Source of the DNA: Candidatus Rifleibacteriota bacterium
GTDB taxonomy: Bacteria; Muiribacteriota; Ozemobacteria; Ozemobacterales; Ozemobacteraceae
Reading direction: 5' to 3'
Length of the DNA stretch: 64,000 nt
NCBI GenBank assembly: GCA_015233155.1
Contig: JADFYG010000002.1
Location: 110,734-174,733, forward strand
Shown here: positions 9,636 to 19,864 of the stretch, in pieces
Layout of the letters: every line of letters starts with the position of its first letter
How positions within the stretch are numbered: the first letter of the stretch is position 1
Notes under the pieces: model-generated
What the model was told of the DNA's origin: nothing
The model's input: only the letters and a program-made list of their open reading frames with translations
Databases searched by the model: none
Translations under genes and position numbers: made by a program

Positions 9636-11363
9636 TCACGATGCAGTAGCAGTCTTATGCATAAGATGCGAGGAGAAACAATCCAAAACCCGGTCGATTT
9701 CCTCCCGTGGTAAACGCCCTGTCTGGCGCTCCTGTAAAAGCGGAATCAGCGATCTCACATCAGCAATTTTCCCAAGTGCGTCAATGGCGTTTCGATAGAC
9801 GACATCTTCCTTGTCAGCCAGCAATTCAAGCAATACCGTAACCGATTCGCGATCACCAATCTCACCTAATGCAAAGGCCGCCGAAGCGCGCACCCACTTT
9901 AGCGATTCGCCGGTCATCGCTCCAAGTGTGGTCACCACACTGCGATCACCCAGTCGCCACATGGCAATCGCGGCATTCACGCGAACACGATCGTTGGCAT
10001 CGCGAAGATGAGCCTCAAGAGTCTTCTTAACCCCGGAACCGCCGAGTCGGGCGACACCCTCTATAGCATTGGCACGCACGCGTGCATCCTGATGATCAAC
10101 GAAACGAGTGAAAAGATGTGCCGATTCGCCAGTGCTCAGGCGGGCAATTGCGGAAAGCAATGTAGCCAGAACCCACACATCCTTTTCATTGGCCAGTAAC
10201 TCTATCAGCTTCGCCACATACGATTTTGCGCCCATACGCGCCAACGCTTCAATCGCATTCAGTCGAAGCCAGCGCTCTCTGGCGACACAAAATTCTTCCA
10301 GAACAGGAAGGACAACATCAGTCCCTATTTCTCCGAGAATAAGAAGCATTTGTTCTTTTACAATCAGAGAAAGTTTCGGTAATTCGCTGATGATACGATC
10401 AAGAATCACCGGCCCCATGTCGACAATAGCACGACGTCCCAACCGTTTATGTTTTTCCTGCGGCAAATTGAGGAGTTTTACGAATTCCGGATACAGGTGC
10501 AACGCTTTCTCCCGGGCAGCGAGTTCTAAAAGCTGAATACGCACCCCTTCCTCGCGCTCCTTCGACAATAGATCCATGAAAAGATTGCACCGCTCGGCAA
10601 CATTAAAGAGACTAAGACCCTCCAGAGAAAGCGCGCGAATCTGCGGATGAGCATCACGCAAAAAAAGTTCATACAAATCCCGATCCTGGATCATAGGCAA
10701 GCGGTTCAGACCGGTGAGGATGGCGAGACGAATAGGATGTGCCGGCGATTTAGCCAAACGCTTGAGCTGGGAATGCGCCCCCTCGTCTCCAAGACGCGAC
10801 AAAGCCAAATTGGCCGCCATCGCCACTTCCCATTGTCCGTTTCCAGATAGCATCTTTAGGACCGTGTGCCGGTCGGAGGCGGGAAATCTGACAAAATAGC
10901 CTATTGCTTCGACAAGCAGACCCCCATCCTGGGTCTGACCAAGAACCTCATTCATCGCGGCAACCACGCGAGCCTCTTTTACTCCCGCAATTAAGGCCAG
11001 CAAACGACGACGAAGCGCGGGAGGTCGATCAGAACCGGATACCTTTATAATTGGTTCCAATAAGGCTTTAGCATCGAATCTCTGCAGAGCCTGAAGGGCC
11101 CTCTCGACATATTGCGGGTCTTCACCAAGGACAAATGATAGAAGATGTTTGACTGAGCGAGGGTTTCCGATACTACCCATCGCATCTATGACTGCGTTGA
11201 CCACATCGCCATCAGGCGATGACAGCAAATCGACAAGTAGCTCTGCGTGTTCATGTACACGCAAAATTCCCATCGCTGCGATCGAAAGAAGCTTCTCTTC
11301 GCGATCGCGACTGAAGAGTCCTTTTTCAATCCGGGCGAACCGGTTGATCTCGGCATTGCTCAT
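9636..11363 (-). CDS. HEAT/PBS-lyase repeat protein
   Basis: 575 aa of repeated about 30-aa Ala/Leu/Arg-rich helical units (…VRxxAxxALGxIGD…) typical of HEAT/PBS lyase repeats. Confidence 0.7.
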   Translation of the reverse strand: MSNAEINRFARIEKGLFSRDREEKLLSIAAMGILRVHEHAELLVDLLSSPDGDVVNAVIDAMGSIGNPRSVKHLLSFVLGEDPQYVERALQALQRFDAKALLEPIIKVSGSDRPPALRRRLLALIAGVKEARVVAAMNEVLGQTQDGGLLVEAIGYFVRFPASDRHTVLKMLSGNGQWEVAMAANLALSRLGDEGAHSQLKRLAKSPAHPIRLAILTGLNRLPMIQDRDLYELFLRDAHPQIRALSLEGLSLFNVAERCNLFMDLLSKEREEGVRIQLLELAAREKALHLYPEFVKLLNLPQEKHKRLGRRAIVDMGPVILDRIISELPKLSLIVKEQMLLILGEIGTDVVLPVLEEFCVARERWLRLNAIEALARMGAKSYVAKLIELLANEKDVWVLATLLSAIARLSTGESAHLFTRFVDHQDARVRANAIEGVARLGGSGVKKTLEAHLRDANDRVRVNAAIAMWRLGDRSVVTTLGAMTGESLKWVRASAAFALGEIGDRESVTVLLELLADKEDVVYRNAIDALGKIADVRSLIPLLQERQTGRLPREEIDRVLDCFSSHLMHKTATAS

Positions 11364-11391
11364 GCTGCCTCATTCTCCTACGGCTGATTTG

Positions 11392-12657
11392 TCAATGGTT
11401 TTCTTCTTCGAGACGGTCGATACGAGCGCCGAGCAAGCGCAATCGCCCAACCAGGTTTTCATAACCCCTGTCTATGTGATGAATGTTTCCAACTTCGGTT
11501 TTTCCTTCGGCACAGAGCCCGGCGAGCACCATGGCCGCACCCGCACGTAAATCGGTGGCATTCACGGGAGCACCGATGAATTTTTCCACGCCCGTAACCA
11601 CAACCGTTCGATCGCGAATACTGAGGTTCGCTCCCATGCGAACCAGTTCAGCCACATGCATAAAACGATTTTCAAAAACCGTCTCGGTTATAACCGAAGT
11701 GCCACCAGCAAGACACATTGCTACCATTAATTGCGCCTGCATGTCCGTTGGGAAGCCGGGAAATGGAAGCGTCTTTATTTCCACGGGTTTCAGGCGCTCC
11801 GGGCCGCGCACGATCGCTCGTGATTCTTCACACTGAACATCGGCTCCCATTTCCTGAAGTTTAGCAACGACAGCCTGTAAATGTGCCGGGATACAATTAT
11901 CAACTATGATCGGTCCCTTGAACAGTGCTCCGAGGACCATAAACGTGCCGGCTTCTATGCGATCCGGTATTATGCTGTATTTTGCCGAATGAAGTTTCTG
12001 AACACCATTGATCGTAATCGTTGGAGTTCCCATGCCTGAAACGCTCGCGCCCATAGCGTTCAAAAAATTACCGAGGTCAGTTATCTCTGGTTCACAGGCT
12101 GCATTTTCGATTGTCGTCGTGCCTTCGGCGAGAACTGCCGCCATCATGAGATTTTCTGTAGCGCCGACTGAGGGGAAATCCAGCATGATTGGAGCACCGA
12201 TGAGACGGTCGGCCATTGCGACAGCACAACCAGCCTCAAGAGAAACACGCGCTCCAAGCGCCTCGAAACCCTTGAGATGAATGTTAACAGGCCTTACTCC
12301 GATGGCACATCCCCCGGGAAGAGGTATGCGGGCACGCTTCAGTCTGGCCAGCAACGGCCCCATGACAAAAAAACTGGCACGCATCGTCTTCACAAGATCA
12401 TATGGCGCTTCTTCGTTGCAGCCACCTGGCGAAGCCAGCTCCATGTCACCATTTTCAAGGCGACGACTCTTCACCCCAAGCGCTTCGAGCACCTTTTGCA
12501 TAGTGCCGACATCGTTGAGATACGGAATATTAGAAAGAATGATTGGACCTTCGCCGAGTATGCAGCCAGCCATGATAGGCAAAGCAGCATTTTTGGCTCC
12601 GCCGACGCAAACGGTACCAGCGAGAGAATTTCCGCCTTCAATCAGGATCCGTGACAT
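11392..12657 (-). CDS. murA: UDP-N-acetylglucosamine 1-carboxyvinyltransferase
   Basis: 421 aa with a MurA-like N-terminus [30 protein letters not shown] and the active-site region [13 protein letters not shown]. Confidence 0.9.
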   Translation of the reverse strand: MSRILIEGGNSLAGTVCVGGAKNAALPIMAGCILGEGPIILSNIPYLNDVGTMQKVLEALGVKSRRLENGDMELASPGGCNEEAPYDLVKTMRASFFVMGPLLARLKRARIPLPGGCAIGVRPVNIHLKGFEALGARVSLEAGCAVAMADRLIGAPIMLDFPSVGATENLMMAAVLAEGTTTIENAACEPEITDLGNFLNAMGASVSGMGTPTITINGVQKLHSAKYSIIPDRIEAGTFMVLGALFKGPIIVDNCIPAHLQAVVAKLQEMGADVQCEESRAIVRGPERLKPVEIKTLPFPGFPTDMQAQLMVAMCLAGGTSVITETVFENRFMHVAELVRMGANLSIRDRTVVVTGVEKFIGAPVNATDLRAGAAMVLAGLCAEGKTEVGNIHHIDRGYENLVGRLRLLGARIDRLEEENH

Positions 12658-13315
12658 GATCTTCCTCGAGTTGAATTCTTTCCATCTGAATTTTGCCTTC
12701 TTTTAGCATTTCCAGAGCAAGCGTGTCCGGGTAAGCACCCAGAAATACGACTTTCTCTATGCCCGCGTTTAACAACATCTTTGCGCAAGTAACACATGGT
12801 TGATGCGTACAGTATACGACGCCTCCCTTGAGAGAAACACCGAACGCGGCGGCCTGGAGAATCGCATTTTGCTCGGCATGCAAACCACGACATAATTCCT
12901 GACGCTCTCCTGACGGAATTCCCCGGGCTTCGCGTAAACAGCCGCCAGGTATCTCGAAGCAGTGACGCAACGTACTGGGAGCACCATTATATCCTGTAGC
13001 CAGAATGCGGTTCTCGCGTACAATGACAGCCCCGACGCGGCGACGCAGGCAGGTAGACCGGGTCGCGACGAGTCGGGCGATACGCATAAAATACGTTTCC
13101 CAGGACGGACGCTTGATCCCTGGGATTGGAATTCCGGGATCGGCGGTGGGCGGTATAGAAGTTACGGGCTGACGCGAAGACGCAACCGTCAGTCGTGCCG
13201 CCCGTCCCATGCGTAGGATAGGTTTGTTTTCCTCAACGATTTTTTTCACGGAAGCCTTGGACGCTTTTTTTGCGTGAGTGAGCTTCGCGGTCTTCACTGA
13301 TTTAGTCGCCTTCAC
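12638..13315 (-). CDS. dCMP/CMP deaminase (ComEB-like) with Lys-rich N-terminal extension
   Basis: Zinc-binding motifs HAEQNAI and PCVTCAKML. Overlaps the murA start. Confidence 0.8.
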   Translation of the reverse strand: MKATKSVKTAKLTHAKKASKASVKKIVEENKPILRMGRAARLTVASSRQPVTSIPPTADPGIPIPGIKRPSWETYFMRIARLVATRSTCLRRRVGAVIVRENRILATGYNGAPSTLRHCFEIPGGCLREARGIPSGERQELCRGLHAEQNAILQAAAFGVSLKGGVVYCTHQPCVTCAKMLLNAGIEKVVFLGAYPDTLALEMLKEGKIQMERIQLEEDHVTDPD

Positions 13316-13397
13316 GACATTTCACCTTTCTGATTTCGAATGAATTTGAGCCCATTCGCGGTTCAATTTTTGCTTCGCAGCAGGCATTCCATCTGTT

Positions 13398-14030
13398 CTA
13401 TTTCGTACCATACAGCCGGTCTCCGGCATCGCCCAGCCCGGGCATAATGTATCCATGTTCGTTCAGCCGCTCGTCTATCACGCATGTGAAGATATCGACG
13501 TCGGGGTGTGCTTCCTGTAAATATTTCACACCCTCCGGGCATGAAACTATACATAGAAAGCAAATACGCCTTGCACCGATTTCTTTCACTATTTTTATGG
13601 CTTCGGAAACCGAGCCTCCGGTGGCAAGCATCGGATCAAGAATGAATACATCCATGTTTTCGATATGATGTGGAAGCTTGCAATAATATTTTACCGGCTG
13701 GAGTGTCTCGTGATCACGATATAGCCCGATATGCCCGACTTTTGCCATAGGCATGAATTTGAGCAATCCCTCGACCATGCCCAAGCCGGCACGCAGAATT
13801 GGCACGAGCGCAATCAGCTGACTGGAGATCATGTATCCGGTAGTCTTGGTCAACGGCGTTTCACAATATGTTTCCTCTACAGGAATGCTTCGCGTGGCCT
13901 CATAGGCCAAAAACATGGACAATTCCTGCATCAGTTCCCGAAACATGTGGACATCGGTAAATTTTGAACGCAAGAAGGTGATCTTATGCTTGACCAGCGG
14001 ATGATCGATAACGGTAACGCTGCTCATCAA
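13398..14030 (-). CDS. upp: Uracil phosphoribosyltransferase
   Basis: 210 aa with VPILRAGLGM and the PRPP-binding LDPMLATGGS motif. Confidence 0.9.
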   Translation of the reverse strand: MMSSVTVIDHPLVKHKITFLRSKFTDVHMFRELMQELSMFLAYEATRSIPVEETYCETPLTKTTGYMISSQLIALVPILRAGLGMVEGLLKFMPMAKVGHIGLYRDHETLQPVKYYCKLPHHIENMDVFILDPMLATGGSVSEAIKIVKEIGARRICFLCIVSCPEGVKYLQEAHPDVDIFTCVIDERLNEHGYIMPGLGDAGDRLYGTK

Positions 14031-14036
14031 AGCCTC

Positions 14037-14537
14037 CTAAGGAATTTTTACGATTGGATCGATCGGGGAATGAGTCATCACATGTGTGAAGTCATGCGAA
14101 AGCCCCACATCTGATTCAATCTTTTTGACCCTGTTCGCATGACGACCGCCCATAAATGCTGTAGAGAGAAAGGTTTCCAGAGTATCTATCGCGGCTTCCT
14201 CGCCAAGAATGCGTCCACCGAGTACAAGTATATTGGCATCGTTGTGCTGCCGCGAAAGTCGCGCTTCAAGAGCGGTATGACAGAGCGCGGCCCTTGCGCC
14301 AGGATGTCGGTTGGCCGCGATAGACATTCCAATTCCTGAACCACATATCAGGAGACCGAGCGTGCCGGTTTCGGCAATGATACGACGCGCAACAGCATGA
14401 GCGAAATCCGGATAATCACAAGAATCTGTGCGATCGGTTCCGAGGTCGAGCGTCTCATGCCCCAACTCTTTTATACGCCCCAATAAACGCTTTTTCAAAG
14501 CAAAACCCGCATGATCGGAGCCCGCGATAATCTTCAT
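14037..14537 (-). CDS. rpiB: Ribose-5-phosphate isomerase B
   Basis: 166 aa starting MKIIAGSDHAGFALK; RpiB/LacAB fold motifs including GICGSGIG. Confidence 0.85.
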   Translation of the reverse strand: MKIIAGSDHAGFALKKRLLGRIKELGHETLDLGTDRTDSCDYPDFAHAVARRIIAETGTLGLLICGSGIGMSIAANRHPGARAALCHTALEARLSRQHNDANILVLGGRILGEEAAIDTLETFLSTAFMGGRHANRVKKIESDVGLSHDFTHVMTHSPIDPIVKIP

Positions 14538-14696
14538 GCGTTAACCTGCCCCCAATTTTCCCCGAGATGGCTTATATTATCACGAAGACATTCGAAGAGG
14601 AAACAACGGAACCCAAGTAATCGGAGATTGGCTAATTCCTTACTTTGCGAAACTGCCTCTGATGACTCTTTTTTATCGTTCCGGGTGAAATCAAAA

Positions 14697-14797
14697 TATG
14701 GGTATAATATCAATCCCAAAATGTTTGTGCGCACTCCACTGGCGATCCACCGTATCGTCCCTGGGCACCACTTACACACGAATTTTCTGGGATTGGT
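14697..14797. repeat. Copy A of a ~100-nt palindromic intergenic element (upstream of glnA)
   Basis: The core 14717-14752 is CAAAATGTTTGTGCGCACTCCACTGGCGATCCACCG. It is flanked by inverted arms GGTATAATATCAATCCCAAAAT and ATTTTCTGGGATTGGTATAAT. It is 30/36 identical to the core at 33836-33871. Confidence 0.6.
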
Positions 14798-14917
14798 ATA
14801 ATAACTACAAATACCTATGCGTGTGTTGCCGCCAGTCTCGGCATCAGGTATCCTTGTTTCGCGACTTTCTGCTTATTAATGGTCATTGATCACAGCAAAG
14901 AGGTGAATTACATCAAC

Positions 14918-16351
14918 ATGTTCAAATCCGTAAAAGAAGTGATAGGGTTCATCAAGAAAAACGAGATCATTGCTGTCGATCTCAAATGCTGTGATCTCTT
15001 CGGACGCTGGCGACATCTCACCATACCTGCAAGATGCGTCGACGAGTCGGTCCTGAATGAAGGCTTTGGCTTCGATGGCTCCAGCTATGGTTTTAAAAAG
15101 ATCGATAAATCGGACATGATTATTTTGCCGGATATCACCACGGGCTTTATCGATCCATTCTGTGAACATCCAACGCTTTCTTTCATCTGCAACATCCATT
15201 CCACTGATTTAGACGAGCCACGCTTTGAACAGGATCCGCGCTATGTGTGCGACAAGGCTGAAGATTATCTGAAAAAGCTTGGAATAGGCGAAACCATGCT
15301 GCTTGGGCCGGAATACGAATTTTATCTTTTTGATAACGTGTCGTTCGAAGATCGCATGGAAAAAAGCGGTTTTTCCATCAATTCCCACGCCGCTAACTGG
15401 AATACCGGAAACATGGAACAGAATAATTGTGGCTATCAGATGCCACTCAAAGGCGGATATCACGGGGGCCGCCCGGAGGACCGCCATGCCGACTACCGGA
15501 CTCGCCTGACCGAGATTTTGTTCAAAATGGGCATCGGAGTCAAATATCATCATCATGAAGTCGGCGGACCAGGGCAACTGGAAATCGAGACTGAATTCGA
15601 CACTCCTCGCCGCATGGCCGATAAGACCTTGGCAATAAAATATGCAACGAAGAATCTAGCTATTCGCGACGGACTGACAGCGACATTCATGCCCAAACCC
15701 ATGTTCGGCGCCCCCGGGAGTGGCTTTCACGTGCATTTCAAGCTCCTGGATAAAAAGCGAAATGCATTTGCCGATCCGACTGGGTATGCCGGGATGAGCA
15801 AGACGGCTATTCACTTTATAACGGGGATGCTGGTTCATGCGCGTGCCCTGTCCGCATTCGCAAACCCTTCGACGAACTCTTACAAACGCCTGGTGCCTGG
15901 ATACGAAGCTCCCGTCTCGATAGTTTTTGCCGAATCGAACCGCTCGGCAGCAATTCGCATTCCCGGCTATGTTAAAAATGCCGAAGACAAACGTTTCGAA
16001 TATCGCGCAGGCGATGCGACCGCCAACCCATACCTGATGTTTGCATCCATGATAATGGCAGGAATCGATGGGGTAAAACGCGAGCTTGATCCGAAACAAG
16101 AGCGTGTGGGCCCTATCGATGGCAATTTATACGAACTGCCGGAGAGCGAGCGAAAAAAGATCGGTATACTGCCGACATCACTGTTTGAAGCGTTGGATGC
16201 GCTTCATGCCGATCACCAGTTCCTGCTTGAGGGTGGCGTTTTCACTAAACATCTGATCGAAACCTGGATCCATCGCAAACGCGAAGAAGAAGGATTGCCT
16301 GTACATTTGCGCCCGCATCAATATGAATTTATACTATCTTATAACTGTTGA
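14918..16351 (+). CDS. glnA: Glutamine synthetase type I
   Basis: GS motifs TFMPKPMFGAPGSGFHVHF, NSYKRLVPGYEAP, SNRSAAIRIP. The start was chosen at MFKSVKEV. Confidence 0.9.
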   Translation: MFKSVKEVIGFIKKNEIIAVDLKCCDLFGRWRHLTIPARCVDESVLNEGFGFDGSSYGFKKIDKSDMIILPDITTGFIDPFCEHPTLSFICNIHSTDLDEPRFEQDPRYVCDKAEDYLKKLGIGETMLLGPEYEFYLFDNVSFEDRMEKSGFSINSHAANWNTGNMEQNNCGYQMPLKGGYHGGRPEDRHADYRTRLTEILFKMGIGVKYHHHEVGGPGQLEIETEFDTPRRMADKTLAIKYATKNLAIRDGLTATFMPKPMFGAPGSGFHVHFKLLDKKRNAFADPTGYAGMSKTAIHFITGMLVHARALSAFANPSTNSYKRLVPGYEAPVSIVFAESNRSAAIRIPGYVKNAEDKRFEYRAGDATANPYLMFASMIMAGIDGVKRELDPKQERVGPIDGNLYELPESERKKIGILPTSLFEALDALHADHQFLLEGGVFTKHLIETWIHRKREEEGLPVHLRPHQYEFILSYNC

Positions 16352-16411
16352 GGACGATGCGATGTATAATCGGCGGATGAAAGTCATGCAATGTCTTAGA
16401 GTCTTCCTGCT

Positions 16412-17542
16412 ATGATAGTCGGCGACGTAATAGTTCGCGGAGCTGGTGGTGGTAAGCCGATTAAGGAATGGCGGGAAAATGGTCTTGTTACAGCAGCCAC
16501 GGGCTGGGGTGAAATCGGATCCGCAAGAATTGCCGATGTTTTTGTCACTCACGATTCGAATGGCTCCATTCTCTCGATGAAAACCTCGAGAGGTCACACT
16601 CTCCGTTGTAGTCCTGAGCAGCTTTGTTTTTGTAAATTCGATCCCATGAGCCGGCTGTATTATCTGTACTTGATGGAACGCTCTACTATGGGGTTTCGCG
16701 TAGGAATGAGCCAGGATTTGTTGCGCGATGTTTTTGCGCTGCAAAGCACGAAACTCGTTGAAAATGATGCTTCTGAGATAGTTGATCGAATCTGGATCAT
16801 AGAAGGAACCGAAAGTCTCCCGAAAGCTGTTTTCCTGGCGCGTTATGCGTCATGCAAATATGGGTTGCCCGATGTCCCGTTCACAGGGCAGCATGCGACA
16901 GCCGAATTACCGGACGAACTTTTGCGCGAATTATTCAACCGCATTGACACCCCGTCACGTGCGCATCAGTTGCTGCTGGACTCGCTGATGTTTGAAGAAT
17001 ATCCACATATTACCGTAAAACTGAATAAAAATGCGCCCACGGCAAGCAATGCTGTTCAATTCATTGTTTTCGGTGCAGCCGAAAAAGCTGGTAATTGTCC
17101 GGGTTATGCTCATCTGATACGAATCGACTCAGCCATCGAACTGAATCGTGGTGAGCATAAAGCCTTCAAGCGACGGATGAACAATCGCGGTCTATGGCAT
17201 CTGGAAGTCGCACGCGAAGAATTTGAAGAAGCACAACTTTTTGTCAAGACCCTCGCAGCCCTGGATAATCTCGAAATCATTAAAAAAATTCAGTTAACCA
17301 AGAAAGCTCCCTTCTACATTCTCCCCGCGTCTCACGTGAAGCTTGGCATGACCGTGTCTGTCGCTGGCGGACGCAGCATAGAGGAGGACACAGTGACAAG
17401 TATCACCGTTGAATCCTGGGATAATCCTCTATACGATCTTAAGACTGAGGGAATACATAATTACATCGCTGGCGACTGGGTCGTTATGTCCTACTCCGGG
17501 CAGATCTCAACTGCTCCATCACTAAAGCGGGATGTCGTGTGA
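16412..17542 (+). CDS. Free-standing degenerate intein-like (Hint domain plus central endonuclease-like region) protein
   Basis: The N-terminus MIVGDVIVRG resembles intein block A (C-L-x-G-D-T-L-I) with Cys1 replaced by the initiator Met. The C-terminus LYDLKTEGIHNYIAGDWVVMS closely matches intein block F/G (vYDLtVeG.HNFiAnGilVHN), with the terminal HN replaced by MS. The ORF ends in an ATGA overlap with the pcrA start. Confidence 0.6.
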   Translation: MIVGDVIVRGAGGGKPIKEWRENGLVTAATGWGEIGSARIADVFVTHDSNGSILSMKTSRGHTLRCSPEQLCFCKFDPMSRLYYLYLMERSTMGFRVGMSQDLLRDVFALQSTKLVENDASEIVDRIWIIEGTESLPKAVFLARYASCKYGLPDVPFTGQHATAELPDELLRELFNRIDTPSRAHQLLLDSLMFEEYPHITVKLNKNAPTASNAVQFIVFGAAEKAGNCPGYAHLIRIDSAIELNRGEHKAFKRRMNNRGLWHLEVAREEFEEAQLFVKTLAALDNLEIIKKIQLTKKAPFYILPASHVKLGMTVSVAGGRSIEEDTVTSITVESWDNPLYDLKTEGIHNYIAGDWVVMSYSGQISTAPSLKRDVV

Positions 17543-19842
17543 TTGCGTCCGCCCCCCGATCTTCCGTCGTTCAGGCTGTTGCAACACTTAACCCGCGTCA
17601 GCGAGAAGCCGTCGAAATCCTTTCCGGGCCATTGCTTATCGTCGCAGGCGCCGGTTCGGGGAAAACCAAGACACTGACTATTCGGGTCGCGCATCTCATC
17701 GAGCAGGGAGCATCGGCGAACTCTATTCTTGGCGTGACATTTACCAATAAAGCTGCTCGCGAGATGCGTGAGCGTGTAGAAATGCTGATGCCAGGCGTCG
17801 GTTCAGCGATAACTTTGACGACATTTCATTCTTTCTGTGCCATGACATTGCGTAGATGGTGCAATCACCTCGGATACCCTCATGAATTCACCATCTACGA
17901 TGCTGATGATCAAGAACGTCTTATGAAACAGGTCATAGCGGAGCTGGATATCGATGGAAAGAAATTCTCCCCATCATTTCTTCTCAACTGCATTTCGATT
18001 GCAAAAAATGATTTGATTTCACCGACTGATTACCAACCGCCCGGCAAGGAAAAGGAGCTGATCAAATCAGTCTACGAAACATATCAGAAAAATATTTTCG
18101 CGGCTGGTGCAATGGATTTCGATGATCTGCTTTTTATGACATGGCGTTTGCTTTCAGAAAATCTGGATTTGCTTGAAAATATGCAACGCCGTTACAAACA
18201 TTTTTTTGTTGACGAATATCAGGACACCAATTTTGCACAGTATAAACTGATCTCCCTGCTTTCGCGTCAAAGCGGGAACCTCTGCGTGGTCGGAGACGAA
18301 GACCAGTCAATTTATGGTTGGCGTGGAGCAAGCATTCGGAACATCATCGAGTTTGAAAAAGATTTTCCTGGCGCTCGTGTTGTCGTACTTGACCAGAATT
18401 ATAGATCCACTCAACGTATTCTCGATGCGGCAAGCAGCGTCATAGCAAAAAATTCCGGCCCCAGAAAAAAACAACTTTGGAGTGAAATGAAGGGTGGCGC
18501 CCCGATAACTTTTATCTATGCTGATGATGATCGTGGAGAAGCAGATAGGGTGTCGAACGAAATAGAACGTCTCCATGTCGACGAACAACTTCCCCTCGGC
18601 AGTATGGCCGTGTTGTTTCGCATGAACAGCCAATCCCGTGCAATAGAGCAAGCTTTAGTGCGAAAACAGATTCCATATGAAATGACTGGTGGCACAAAAT
18701 TTTTTGGGCGAAAAGAGGTAAAAGATGTGCTCGCCTACCTGCGTGTCCTGGTAAATCCGCGCGATCACATCTCTCTGCGTCGCATTATCAATGTCCCGAC
18801 ACGTGGAATCGGCGATACTACGGTATCTCGTCTGACCGAAGAAGGCCCCCTCTGGGAAGCCTTGGCATCCCGCGCCACGGGACAAAAACCTGGAAAGCTG
18901 GCTCCATTCTATCGACTCATGCTTGATTTACGCGAACTTGCTGGAGAGGGTGGCATATTCGCCGTTGCCCAGTCCGTAATTGATCGCACTGAATATTTGC
19001 ACTTCCTGCGTCAGACAGACGAGGAAAAAGCGGAGGAACGTATATCCAACGTCGACAGTCTTCTCTCCGACATGAGGCTCCAGGAAGAAACAAATCCGGA
19101 GATTACACTTGCCGGTTATCTGGAGCAAGCCGCTCTCCACGCCGAAGCTGACGATCTCGATGAACGCGTTGAACGCGTACATCTGCTGACAATGCACAAC
19201 GCCAAAGGACTGGAATTCCCGAACGTGTTCATCATGGGCCTTGAAGAGGGAGTATTTCCTCATCACTCCTCGAAGGACGAGCCCGAAAAACTCGAAGAGG
19301 AGCGGCGTCTCGCATACGTTGGCATGACACGTGCTATGAAAAGGCTTTATCTATCGGCCGCACGTAGACGCATGATATTTGGTCAATGGGGATTTAATCC
19401 AATTTCCAGATTTATTCACGAGGTCCCACGAGATTTGTTCGACAGGGAAAAGCCTCCAATGCCGCTGTCCAACAATTTTAATCGAACAGCTCCTTCCTGC
19501 GGAGATTCGTCATCTCCTCGATCATTACAGGGATTTAACGGAAACGCCGTTGCCTTTTCGGCAAAATCAACAGAGTCATTAAAAGAGAAACCATACGCCG
19601 GTTTATTTTCGGGACCATCGAGACAATCGGTTACGGCTGAAGTGGTTCAAAATGGGATCCAGGGAACAATGGCAAATATTCATGTCGGCGTGAAGGTCTT
19701 TCACGTTATTTTTGGACCAGGCAGAGTGATAGCAGTGGATGGCGCATCACTGGCTGATTTTAGAGTCCATATCGAATTTTCTAAAGTCGGAAAGAAGACA
19801 TTACTCTTGCAGTATGCTCAGCTTCGGGTTATAAATATCTAA
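17539..19842 (+). CDS. pcrA: ATP-dependent DNA helicase PcrA/UvrD
   Basis: N-terminal LNPRQREAVEILSGPLLIVAGAGSGKTKTLTIRVAHLI (Walker A), then DEYQDTN, VGDEDQSIYGWRGA, and the C-terminal LAYVGMTRAM. Confidence 0.9.
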   Translation: MIASAPRSSVVQAVATLNPRQREAVEILSGPLLIVAGAGSGKTKTLTIRVAHLIEQGASANSILGVTFTNKAAREMRERVEMLMPGVGSAITLTTFHSFCAMTLRRWCNHLGYPHEFTIYDADDQERLMKQVIAELDIDGKKFSPSFLLNCISIAKNDLISPTDYQPPGKEKELIKSVYETYQKNIFAAGAMDFDDLLFMTWRLLSENLDLLENMQRRYKHFFVDEYQDTNFAQYKLISLLSRQSGNLCVVGDEDQSIYGWRGASIRNIIEFEKDFPGARVVVLDQNYRSTQRILDAASSVIAKNSGPRKKQLWSEMKGGAPITFIYADDDRGEADRVSNEIERLHVDEQLPLGSMAVLFRMNSQSRAIEQALVRKQIPYEMTGGTKFFGRKEVKDVLAYLRVLVNPRDHISLRRIINVPTRGIGDTTVSRLTEEGPLWEALASRATGQKPGKLAPFYRLMLDLRELAGEGGIFAVAQSVIDRTEYLHFLRQTDEEKAEERISNVDSLLSDMRLQEETNPEITLAGYLEQAALHAEADDLDERVERVHLLTMHNAKGLEFPNVFIMGLEEGVFPHHSSKDEPEKLEEERRLAYVGMTRAMKRLYLSAARRRMIFGQWGFNPISRFIHEVPRDLFDREKPPMPLSNNFNRTAPSCGDSSSPRSLQGFNGNAVAFSAKSTESLKEKPYAGLFSGPSRQSVTAEVVQNGIQGTMANIHVGVKVFHVIFGPGRVIAVDGASLADFRVHIEFSKVGKKTLLLQYAQLRVINI

Positions 19843-19864
19843 ACTCACCAGGAGGTGTGAAACC

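Noticed and set aside
14740-14790. Sigma54 promoter or glutamine riboswitch upstream of glnA.
   Set aside because: TGGGCAC…TTAC does not fit the GG-N10-GC spacing. No recognisable glnA-RNA motif could be identified by eye. The conserved palindromic element is reported instead.
17539-19842. Considered that the intein-like ORF is an intein inserted in PcrA.
   Set aside because: PcrA begins with its own complete N-terminus (LNPRQREAV…GAGSGKT) and is in a different frame (ATGA overlap). The intein-like ORF therefore stands alone unless there is a sequencing frameshift.
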